Shown in pieces: positions 23,826-34,609 of a stretch of DNA of 46,603 bases. How positions within the stretch are numbered: position 1 is the first letter of the stretch; each line of letters starts with the position of its first letter. Below the pieces are notes generated by a model, which saw only the letters and a program-made list of their open reading frames with translations, was not told the origin of the DNA and made no database searches. The position numbers and the translations under genes were made by a program. Source of the DNA: Chiloscyllium plagiosum (taxonomy: Eukaryota); assembly GCF_004010195.1 (NCBI RefSeq), contig NC_057728.1:44308153-44354755 (forward strand), written 5' to 3'.

Positions 23826-24277
23826 GCATGTTATTTTCAAGTTGTGATTCCCAAATGTTACTTGGAGAAAGTTCTTTCCCTTCAATTTGAAACAAGGCCA
23901 AGAGAATGAACAAATAGGCAGTTAAACCATAAATAACCATAAGTGTATTGAATAGGGAGCTGAATTTGGCTCCAGTTGTTGATTTAGTGATGGCAGGGGA
24001 ACATAGTGCTATGCTATCCTAGGCTGTTCAGATACTCCCATAGGGTTTGAATATGACATATAGTGGATCTAGAGAGGAATTATCTCTTTTGATAGGGCTA
24101 TCGTCACTAAAGAAGTGAAAAGCCTCCACTGTTTATGAATAACTAATAGTCCAAAAGTCTGGAGGAGCAGTAGCCTTGAGGGAAAATACCAAACTTTCTG
24201 ATGCATCTTTAAGGTGTTGCTGGCTAAAGCCTGGGCCCAGAGGAAAACCAATGACAGGATAGTTCGTACTATAAAAG

Positions 24278-24619
24278 TGGCACGGTGGCTCAGTGGTGAA
24301 TACTGCTGACTCACAGTGCCGGGGACCTGAGTTTGACTGTCTGTGTGGAGTTTGCACATTCTCCACATGCCTGTGCAGGTTTTTTCCAGGTGTTGCGGTT
24401 TCCTCCCACAATGCAAAATGTGCAGGTTATATCACTTAGCCATGGTAAAATGCCCATAGTGTCTGGAGATTTGTAGTCTGGATGGATTGGCTATGGGAAA
24501 TGCAAATTTACAGGAGTAGGGTAGGGGTTGGGTCTGAGTGGGCTGCTGTTTGGAGGGTTGATGTGGACTGGATGGGCCAGATGGCTGTCTTCCACATTGT
24601 GGGGTTTCTATGATTCTAT
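24278..24619 (+). mobile_element. HE1-type V-SINE
   Basis: GGCACGGTGGCTCAGTGG head, V-domain, TTCTATGATTCTAT tail. Confidence 0.88.
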
Positions 24620-24692
24620 AAAAAAGGAGAGAGCAGAAGCTTATGAGTAGGACCTTTATGATTTCAAGAACTGACAAAAAATCCAAGAAGAC

Positions 24693-24818
24693 TAGTGAGC
24701 CTGACATCAGTTGTGGGCAAGTTGTTGGAGGGAATCCTGAGGGTCAGGATGTACATGTATTTGGAAAGGCAAGGACTGATTAGGGATAGTCAACATGGCT
24801 TTGTGCATGGGAAATCAT
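24693..24818 (+). mobile_element. Isolated internal CR1 RT fragment
   Basis: VSLTSVVGKLLEGILRVRMYMYLERQGLIRDSQHGFVHGKS; no CR1 3' end follows. Confidence 0.85.
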
Positions 24819-25818
24819 GGGACAACACTTTCACATCTCCTCATCTTAGAAAAACGGTCTCATACCAAATTCCAGAGAGATGCAACTGGTTTGATTTATA
24901 TGTCTACAAAATCAGAAAATGCCAGGAAATCTAGGCAGATAGGCAAGGCTGTGAGTGACAGCAAGATTAATGCAAAGGTAACAATGAGATTAGTTAAAGA
25001 CTAGAGATACCTATCATAAGTACTAGCATCTTTATGTGCTTTCTGGATAAAGCCTCCACCAGTGTTTGCACATGGAGAAGCTGCAGCAAACAGTCTGGCA
25101 CTCTATTCTAATACAACAGAAAAGTTATATATATGTCCCTCGAAGGACAGAAGCATTCCTAAACTGAGTGCATCTCAATTTTCTATGATTTCTAGGTCCC
25201 AGCTCAGCCTCACCAAAATTCCTGTGTTATCGATGGAAATAAACTTTGGGATAGATATAAATGAGGTTGATAGTTTTTTGTTATCCACAGTTGCTCTGAG
25301 TCAAAAGTAATATCAATGTGGGGATTAATCACAAATCAGAAACATTGCTATGCTTTTAAGTGTGGTAAAACTAGATTGATACCTGGTGCTGGTGAGTAAC
25401 TGTTTAGTTAAAGACAATCAATTTGTCATAATACCTGTACACTTTCACAGTTAAAAAGTCTTTCATTAGGGTATCATGCTTCCTGGAGCTTTCTGAATTA
25501 CTATGTATTCTTGAGGTTTTAAAGCAGACTTTTGACAGCAGATCATGAACAAGTCATTCTTTAACAAATTACAATTGAAAGGAGGTTGGTTTTAATGGTT
25601 GTAGCAGCTTAAAATTGGAGAAATCTCAAGCCCAGATAAGATGTATTCCAGGCTGCTATGGGAGGCAAGCCACCTCAAATATATCTCAGGGATTGCAGGG
25701 ATCCTGACGTTAGTTTTCAAGTCCTTTCTGGAACAGAGAGATGCCAAAGGACTGGATGGCAGCTAATGAGGTACTACATTAAAAAAAGGTATTGGTAGGG
25801 ATAAACCAGGGAACTATA

Positions 25819-27011
25819 TAAGACCATATGACCATAACACATAGGAGTGGAAGATGGGCATTTCAACGTCACTTACCCGCACTCTCCCCATATCCCTTAA
25901 TTCCTTGCGAGATTAAGAATTTATTAATCTCTGTCTTGAAGACATTTAACATCCCTGCCTCCATTGCACTCCATGGCAGTGAATCCAACAGGCCCACCAC
26001 TCTCTGGCTGAAGAAAAGTCCCCTCATTTCCGTTTTAAATTGACCCCCTCTAATTGTAAGGCTGTGCCCACGGGTCCTAGTATTCCCGCTTGATGGAAAC
26101 AAATTTCCAGCATCCACCCTTTCTAAGCCATGCATTCCCTTGTAAGTTTCTATGAGATCTTCCCTCAACCTTCTAAACTCTAATGAATACAATCCTATTC
26201 CTCGGCCTACATTCCAGAGATCATCCGTGTAAATCTCTGCTGGCCTGCTCCAGTGCCAGCATGTCCTTCCTGCGGTGTGGGGCCCAAAACTGGTCACAGT
26301 ATTCTAAATGGAGCCTAACCAGAGCTTTATAAAGTCTTAGTAGTACATCGCTGCTTTTACATTCCAACCCTCTTGAGTTAAATGACAACATTACATTTGC
26401 TTTCTTAACCATGGACTCAACCTGCAAGTGGGTGGCACAGTGGTTTGCACTATTGCCTCAGAGCGCCAGGGACCTGGGTTCAATTCCTGCCTCAGGCGAC
26501 TCTCAGTGTGGAGTTTGCACATTCTCCCTGTGTCTGCGTGGGTTTCCTCTGGGTACTCCGGTTTCCTCCCACAATCTAAAAATGTGCAGGTTAGGTGAAT
26601 TGGCCATACTAAATTGCCTGTAGTGTTAGGTGAAGGGATAAATGTAGGGCAATGGGTCTGGGTGGGTTGCACTTCAGCGGGGCGGTGTGGACTTGTTGGG
26701 CCGAAGGGTCTGTTTCCACGCTGTAAGTAATCTAATCAACCTTTAGAAAATCCTGGACTAGCACTCCCAGATGCCTTTGTACTTTGGCTTTATGAATTTT
26801 CTCACCGTTCAGAAAATAGTCCATGCCTGTATTCTTTTTTCGAAAGTGCAAGACCTCGCATTTGCTCACATTGGATTTCATCAGCCATTTCTTGGACCAC
26901 TCTCTAAATCATTCTGCAGCTTCCCCACCTCCTCAGTACTACCTGCCTGTCCACCTAACCTCATATCATCGGCAAACTTCACCAGAATGCCCCCAGTCCC
27001 TTCATCCAGAT
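25819..27011 (-). mobile_element. Younger CR1 3' fragment
   Basis: LYKALVRLHLEYC.QFWAP, TRTRGHSL, FFSQRVVGL; tail at 25819-25840. Confidence 0.92.
26430..26737 (+). mobile_element. HE1-type V-SINE nested in CR1
   Basis: Head, V-domain and (TAATC) tail; CR1 continues on both sides. Confidence 0.92.
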
Positions 27012-27130
27012 GTGGTGAGTCTAACATTAGTGGTAGGGAAACTTCTATAAAATTCTGAGGGACAGTCAGAGAGTCAAGGATTAATCAAGGACACTCAGCA
27101 TGATTTTGTCAGGAGAAATCATGCCTGATG

Positions 27131-27405
27131 GATTTAGATTAGATTACTTACAGTATGAAAACAGGCCCTTCGGCCCAACAAATCCACACCGACCCTCCAT
27201 TTACCCCTTCACCTAATACTACGGGCAATTTAGCATGGCCAATTCACCTAACCTGCACATTTTTGTACTGTGGGAGGAAACCGGAGCACCCGGACGAAAC
27301 CCACGCAGACATGGGGAGAATGTGCAAACTCCACACAGACAGTTGGCTGAGGTGGAATTGAACCCTGGTCTCGGGCACTGTGAGGCAGCAGTGCCACCGT
27401 GCCGC
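27131..27405 (-). mobile_element. HE1-type V-SINE
   Basis: (GATTA)n tail, V-domain, GCCACCGTGCCGCC head. Confidence 0.9.
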
Positions 27406-28059
27406 CTACTATTTGATTGGATTCTTTGTGGATGTGACTAGATATGTAAATGACAGTATCACTGTTCATGTAGTCAGGTGTACAAAATTACAAGGTGCAC
27501 AGATAGGTCAATACCAAAGGGCATAGATGTAAGGGACAGGGCAGGCTGATTCGAGGGGATTCAAAGAGGACTTTTTTCACCCAGACAGTGATAGTTATCA
27601 GGAATTCACTGCCTGAAAGAATGGCAGAGTTGTGAGCCATAACAAATTTAATTAACTTAAAATGTTATCACGTATAAGATTTGATGCCCAGAGCTGAAAA
27701 ATGAAACCAGAGTAAGTCGTACTTGATGACTGGTGTGGATACGATGAGCTGTAGTGTCTCTTTCTCAGCTGCAAAATTCTGTGACTCGCTGACTATCTTA
27801 GATTTCGCTGACAAATATTTTCAATTTAGCCAAACAGTGCAATTCTTGTTATCCATTCCTTCCAGGAAACTGCTGATGATAATGGACTTTGTGATCTCTT
27901 TCAAAAGAGGACAGTGCAGGTGACTTGGATGCTAGGCTGCCTGACACAATTAAACATAAGTATGGCTGTTATATAGAAGACGTATCTGTGATCAATATTT
28001 TACTGATATTTCTGGCTTTTTAAGATTTGTTTTCCAATCCACATTGAGATCAAAAGGCA

Positions 28060-28490
28060 AATACAAAATTAGCCAATAGAATCAGGAACTCCTAATGGTG
28101 TGGTGGGTTATATAGAGGGACTGCAGATTGCTGTTCTCATGGCAGAAAAGGCAAGAGGGAGACATAGAGATTTTCAAAGGTATACAGTGTTTTGATAGAA
28201 CCAATAGTATGGACTTATTCCATCTAGGATGGGCAATGATCTGTGGACTGTGGAGATTTAAAGTAATTAGTTAAAGAATCAAGTTATTATGGATGAAATC
28301 TATTGTGTGAGAGTGTAGTGGAAGCAGATTCAATAATAAGTATCAAAAGGGTGTAGGATATATACATAAACATGCAGTAAATATACAAAAAGGTAAAACC
28401 TGCTATGATTCAAAAATTATAATTATATCCTTTTCAAAGAGACCGCTCAGTCTCAATGAGCTGAATGGTCTCTTTCTATGGCGTATGACT
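28060..28490 (+). mobile_element. Very old CR1 3' remnant
   Basis: Decayed GGTGGAAGCAGATTCAATAA-type C-terminal region and GAGCTGAATGGTCTCTTTCT 3' motif. Confidence 0.55.
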
Positions 28491-29680
28491 GGATAACAAA
28501 TTCAACTCCCAGCTATTATTAAACCATATCTTTTACTCCAGCAATAATAGGTCATGCAAATCAAATGTTAGTTTAAAGGAGTATGTTAGGAGTTATTTTT
28601 TCAAGTTATGTAGATAAATGTAATAAGGTGAGCAAATTAGAATTTTTGTCCTTCTCATTAATTAAAATTCTCAATGTTCCGTGAGTTCAGTCCTACGAGA
28701 TTTGATTTTTGAGCAAGTTCCATAAATACTTCCAGTTTGTTAAAGTCATCTGCAGGTCATCCTATTACATTGAATAAAAATAGGAAAAATTACAAATTCT
28801 CTGGAGTGTACTTTGCCAAAACTTGCTTCGTATTGCATTCCAGAAAATATTTTGCAATGCATTTCTGTACAAGTGATGCATAATTTTAATTGAGCTTTTC
28901 AAATGTATTTTTTGTGTCCTTGAAGTCAAATTAATTCTCCAAACTCAGTTGCATGATTGTAAAGTAATATACTTGTGATGTTCAGCACAATCCATTCCAT
29001 GACTACAGAAGGTAGGATTTTCTGAAAATATATTAAGCTACTTGGTTCTTTTTTATTCTGTATTAAGGAATCATAGTTAATGGCCAAGGTTCAAATTGCA
29101 TGATAACATCCAATTTGAACGGAGTAAGAGCTATGAGGTAAATCAGAATATTGTGGTGAAGTGATGCCAAGCTTAGATTCTAAATGATCTTAAGGAGAAG
29201 GAAATAGGATAGTGCAATGCAGATAAGTCATTGAGAAGTTGAATATGGAGGTTAATCAGCTCCATATGCCTTGCAGTTGTCTGAAGTGTACGGAGAGGCA
29301 CTCAATTTGGGAACAGGCTGTGTGCATTAACTAAAGGCTGGTGATTGACCAGAGTTATAAAGATTATGGGATCCAAATTGGACAGCTCCCAAAAATTGGT
29401 GTAGGGAGAACGATGCAAGATTAAGATGTACTTATTAGATGTAACTCAGACAGCATGCCATCTTTGTCCTGCTTTCTTATTTGTGTGAATTTCACACGCA
29501 GCCAGTCCTAAATGCACTGTTGATTGGCTATGGCGAAGAGATGGCAAAAAGAACAGCTGTGCAGTCTTGAAGGATAGTGCCAGGAGTCATGCTCTGAGGA
29601 TATGAATGCAGAATCCCAATGTTTTTAATGTTTGTAAGGTGTGCGAGTGCATCTTCAACATGCCACATCCTACTAATTGT

Positions 29681-29998
29681 ATTAGATTAGATTACTTTCA
29701 GTGTGGAAACAGGCCCTTTGGCCCAACAAGTCCACACCGACTCTCTGAAGAACAACCCACCCAGACCCATTCTCCTACATTTACCCCTTCACCTAACACT
29801 ACGGAGAATTTAGCATGGCCTAATCACCGAACTTGGACATCTTTAGACAGTGGGAGGAAACCGGAGCATCGGAGGAAGCCCCCGCAGACACAGGGAGAAT
29901 GTGCAAACTCCACACAGACAGTCACCCGAGGTGGGATTTGAACCCGGGTCTCTGGCGCTGTGCTGCAACAGTGCTAACCACTGAGCCACCATGTCATC
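29681..29998 (-). mobile_element. HE1-type V-SINE, full length
   Basis: (AGATT)n tail, V-domain, tRNA head. Confidence 0.92.
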
Positions 29999-30444
29999 CT
30001 CAGACATTGCTTAAACCACCAAACTATCATAACTCAGCAGCAATCTTTATCAGTCAGGAAACAACGCTGGCAAACATCAGAATAGCCATTTCTCAGGCTG
30101 TAGCCTCCAGCAGAGGTGAAACTGTTTGAAGGTATCTTAGGACTGAAACCTTTTTCTCAAATCCTGTCTCCCCCTCATCCTTCGCTGTCTTCTGATTGAC
30201 AAGCTGTAGGTGCTGTATGGATGAACCTCTTCATTTCCACCCTCCCCACACTACAAGTTGAGTTTTCTGCCTTTTGGCCTTCAGATGTCCAAAGAATGTA
30301 ACTTGACTATCCCGACAGTGGAAAACAGAGAAAAATGAAATAAAAAATCAGCATTTGATTTCATGCTTGCAGCCAGCTGTTCAGTTACTAATAACTTAAA
30401 GCATAGATTAGAGGTTGGCTCTATACTTAGCAAAATACTTTAAA

Positions 30445-31186
30445 ACCATAAGAAATAGGAACAAGAGTAGGCCATTCGGCCCCTCAGGCCTGCTCTGCCA
30501 TTCAATAGGATCATGGTTGATCTGACATTCCACGTGACCAGTTTCTTGCCCTTTCCCTGTAATCCTTGATCCCCATGCTGATCAAGAATCTATCTCTCAG
30601 CCTTAAAAATACACAAGGACTCTACTCCCATAGCTTTCTGTGGAAATGGGTTCCAAACACTCTCAACCCTCTGAGAGAAGAAATCACTCCCCATCTCAAT
30701 CTTAGATTAGCACTCATTTATTTTGAAACTATGCCCTCTGGTCCTAAATTCTCCCATCTCAGCATTCATGCTGTCAAGCTCCTTATGAATTCTATATGCT
30801 TCAATGAGATGGCTCTTCATTCTTCTAAATTCCAATGGGTAGAGGCCCAGCCTGCTTAAAACTTTGGTCGTATGACAATCCGTCTATCCCAGGAAGCGAA
30901 CCTTCTCTGAACTGCCTACAATGTAATATCTTGCGTTAAATAAGTGGACTAAAACTGCTCACAGTATGCCAGGTGTGATCTCACCAGGATTTACAGTTGC
31001 TATAAAACTTCCTTGTTCTCTTCCAATCGCTTTGAAATAAGGGCCAACATTCTATTTGCCTTTCTGATTACCTGCTGCACCTGTGGCTTACCTTTTTGTG
31101 TTTTGTGCATAGATATCCCTAAATTCCTTTGTGTTGCAGCTTTGCGTAATTTTTCTCCATTTTCTCTTTTTCTGTGTTCCCTCTAC
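30445..31186 (-). mobile_element. CR1 3' fragment
   Basis: CATAAGAAATAGGAACAAGAGTAGGCCATTCGGCCC 3' end; reverse strand gives QQVIRKANRMLALI. Confidence 0.85.
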
Positions 31187-31470
31187 GGGGAGGCAATGGC
31201 TTAATGGAATTATTGCTGTACTGCTACTCCAGACACCCAGAGAATGTTCTGGGGACCTGGATTCAAATCCTTCTGTGGCAGATGGTGGAAATTGAATTCA
31301 CTAAATATCTGGAATTAAGAATCTAGTGATGACCATGAATCCATTGTTGATTGCTTGGAAAATCCCATCTAGTTCACTAATGGTCTTTTAGGGAAGGAAT
31401 TTGCCATCTTTACCTGGTCTGCACTACATGTGACTCCAGACCCACAGCAATGTGGTTGACTCTTAACTGG
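31187..31470 (+). mobile_element. tRNA-headed SINE, family B (copy 2)
   Basis: GGCAATGGCTTAATGG (A box)..GGATTCAAATCC (B box); homologous to 7148-7490 and 44293-44611. Confidence 0.78.
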
Positions 31471-32099
31471 TATTGTACATAGAGACTCGGCAGAAAGGAA
31501 TGATCGAGGATTCTGCTATTCTCCAACTCCTCCTCCTATTTGTGGTGCTGTTTCTCAGCTCCTTGCCTGGTATTCAAGGCTGATTCCTTATGGAAGAAAT
31601 TGTGTATGATGTGCTACATAACTTTTAATCTTGAGGCTAACTCTGAGCATTGCAGAGCTCTTCCAAAGCAGACCAGACAATAGAATTCTCCTTCAGCATC
31701 CTGATGGTTTGCCATTTGATCCTCAATGCGCTGAGATTTCCCATTTACATAAAGAAGAGTTAGGAGACAATGCAGGGAGTGAAATGAGAAAGTAGTGAAC
31801 TAGATCTTCTGAAGAGAGGTAATCTCATTCTTTTTTACTTACCCTGCCCTGAAGCACCATGCTTTTAGCCTGAACATCTGATGTGGATCACTTCAGAGAT
31901 TTGAAGTATACTTCAGCTCGGAGAGTTCCAGCACAGTGCAGAATCTGCGTTGGAGCCCAAGCCATGCCGCCATTTTAAAGTGGCAACAACCATATTCTGG
32001 AGTTTAAAAGACCAACATTTCTTGGAAATGGGAGAAGGTATATGTGTAAAGAAAGTGGATGAGATGCTATGGTGCATGGGTCATTGAAGAGTATGATGC

Positions 32100-32560
32100 C
32101 AAGTAGGTAAGAGATTAAAGTGCTAGCTGGGGAAGGGGGGGGGGGGTGTTGGATTGATTGGTAGTGGCTATAGTAGTAGGTTGGGTTCCAGTTTGATGAA
32201 TAGGTTGGATGAGGGGTTAGGGTTGCAGGTAAGTGTCTGAGAGGATAATGGAGCAGAGGGTGAAAGGATACAGGTGACAGGAAAGTGGGTGTGATCAGAG
32301 GATACGTGAGGTATTAGGGATGCGTTTTTGTATACATTGAGTGTTGAGTGTTGATGTGGGAGTAGTGGGTCTGGTGGCAGGGGCGTTGTTGGGTGTTGGG
32401 ATGATTAATGCCAGATTTGTGGAGGGAGGGTGAAGGAAGTTGGTCAAGTGTTCAGAGGGGTTGGAGTCAGGTCAGTTAAAGTGATTGAGAGGGCATTCAA
32501 TATTGGTGATTGGGAGGTCTGTGATAATTTTGAGTGGGTAAAGTGGGGTCAGTTTTATAT
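32100..32560. repeat. G/T-rich, C-poor low-complexity tract including a poly-G run
   Basis: Strong strand skew with many GGG/GTTGG words. Confidence 0.6.
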
Positions 32561-33241
32561 TTATCCAGGAGTTAGAGCAGATGTTAATGTATGAGCTTAG
32601 GATTTCCAAACTGTCCCAACACTGGCTTCCTGATGCCCACCATTAGGTTCAGCTCTTTACATGCATATCATGCAAGTATCCATGTGTGTGATACATAATC
32701 ATGCTATCAGCAAGTAGCCTTCATCACTCTGTAGCCACCTTTTACTTAAATAGCTAAAATGTAATTTGTTCCATGGATTGGCACAGACTGTAGACTTACT
32801 GACAGGATACCGGATATTGACCTACATGATGATGTGCTGCCTACAATCACACATCATAGTTCAGGGGTGAGGAAGTGAAATTCCTTTCAATGCTGGTACA
32901 TGACAGAGTTGGTATGCAGTGTAAGCAAAGAGATATAGTCAGTGCATCATTAGAAATATGTATCATTGAGAAAACTGAAATTTTAGTAAACCCCTGTGCA
33001 TTCTGTACTTGCATGCTTGTCTCTGGAAAGACAGAATAAAATTAAATTAGCTGTTTTTGAATAAAGAGATCCTCCGTGACCTCTGTTATGAAGCAGTAGA
33101 TGTCAAAATGTGAAATATTTCAAATATCTACAACACCAACCCGGACTGAGTGCAGTATTCATAGTTACCATAATGTGTACCTTGCCACAGTATTATTAGG
33201 TTAAATTTAGGCTATAGTAGTCAACAGAATTTAATGTGTAC

Positions 33242-33422
33242 AAAGTTAAAAATCACACAACACCAGGTTATAGTCCAACAGGTTTAATTGGAAGCACACT
33301 AGCTTTCGGAGCGACGCTCCTTCATCAGGTGATTGAGGAGGGCTCGATCGCAACACAGAATTTATAGCAAAACTTTGCAGTGTGATGTAACTGAAATTAT
33401 ACATTGAAAGATTGATTGTCTG
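33242..33422 (-). mobile_element. Penelope-like terminal fragment (GGAGC-stem family)
   Basis: Flanked by TTTAATGTG at 33230-38 and 33423-31; homologous to 41961-42080. Confidence 0.8.
33297..33331 (-). ncRNA. Intact minimal type I hammerhead ribozyme motif
   Basis: CAC-CUGAUGA-A-GGAGC-GUC-GCUCC-GAAA-GC-UA|GUG: all core nucleotides, 5-bp stem II, CAC/GUG stem I, AGCU palindromic stem III. Confidence 0.8.
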
Positions 33423-34397
33423 TTTAATGTGGACCTCCTTAAGTAAGTGCAGGTATTGAGATTGAGGGGGAGGGGAATTGTTGCCTGAATATGACCTTCT
33501 ATTATAGGTTCTTTTCATTTCTTCCACCATCTTCCAGCAATGGGTCCCATTCTGCTTAACCTCTACACATTCTGTCAGTTATGCTCGAATTCAAGAGGAA
33601 GGCCTACCAGTGGGTACATGTCTGAAAAGAATTGACGTTTGCAGAAGCCTCATAGATACAGTCAGCAATTTTGTAGGGTTTTAAAATTTGAACTAACAAT
33701 GGAAAACATCAATTGTTGCGATGCAACATTTAGAAGGAATCAATTAGCAATGAATTTTGTAAGTAGTTATTAAACATTTCAAAAAACACTGAAGTGATAG
33801 GAATGGAGTATTGGGGAAGACCTTGTTAATGCTTCATCTGGTGTGCATGCTTAAAGTGTCTTCGAGAACACAGAGTTCAAAAATTGAAAGCATTAGTATA
33901 AAATAAGCATTGCACACTGATTGACATCATGATCTGCCTGCTCACTCCCTCACCAATGTGGCACACAGTGTAACTCATTCCACTAATGGACCCCAAAGCT
34001 CCTGGCACTGTCTTGCCCAATTTCTCAACCTCCTCATTATCTTTATCTCTAACAAGTAGGATTGATGGAGACCAGGAGTCTGAGTTTTGTTTACAGTGGA
34101 TATCTGACTTTAGACTATGGTCATCATTACTTGAAAGGAAAGAATTTTGATTAATGACCATCTAGTCTCCTTCTGGGTCAGTTGGCACCAATACAATTGT
34201 TTTAGATGCCATTAATACCAGTGACACAATTTGGCATAATCTATTTCCAAGCAAGTTGTATTCATGTGGTCAATCATGCAGTGTTAGCTCATGGTTAACT
34301 GATTTCCTCTCAGATTGATCTATATGGACTCATTAACATTTTTTTCCTTTTTGTTTTATTCTGCTTCTTCATTTCTGTAACCAACTTGACTGTTAAT

Positions 34398-34609
34398 CCT
34401 AAACAAAAACTGAAAGATCTGCAAATGATGGAAATCAGAAACAAAAACAGAAATTGCTGGAAGAGCTCAGTAGGTCTGGTAGCATCTGTGGATCCAATGA
34501 CTGAGTCAGAACTGAGGAAGGGTTACCGGACTCAAAATATTAACTCCGATTTCTCTCTACAGATGCTACCAGACCTGCCTAGTTTTTCTAGCAATTTCTC
34601 TTTTTGTTG
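34398..34609. mobile_element. Palindromic Penelope-derived mini-element with central decayed hammerhead
   Basis: Arms ~34440-34490 and ~34558-34609 are reverse complements; TSD TTGACTGTT(A/G)AT at 34386-97 / 34610-21; CTGAGGA at 34512. Confidence 0.8.

Larger units (their letters stand above)
25610..27800 (+). mobile_element. Old, internally deleted CR1 hosting younger inserts
   Basis: KS..PD..Y.RLLWE..PKDW..GNY (25610-25818) resumes as VSLTLVVGKLL at 27012; 3' end remnants at 27480-27800. Confidence 0.75.

Noticed and set aside
25261..25292. let-7-like TGAGGTTGATAGTT
   Set aside because: Seed mismatched and no complementary arm for a precursor hairpin
29243..29267. 8-bp inverted repeat ATATGGAG..CTCCATAT (similar one near 22092-22119)
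   Set aside because: Short, expected by chance, and no supporting context
33877..34161. 94-aa ORF and other short ORFs in unique DNA
   Set aside because: No recognisable motifs or supported exon structure; length is within chance expectation
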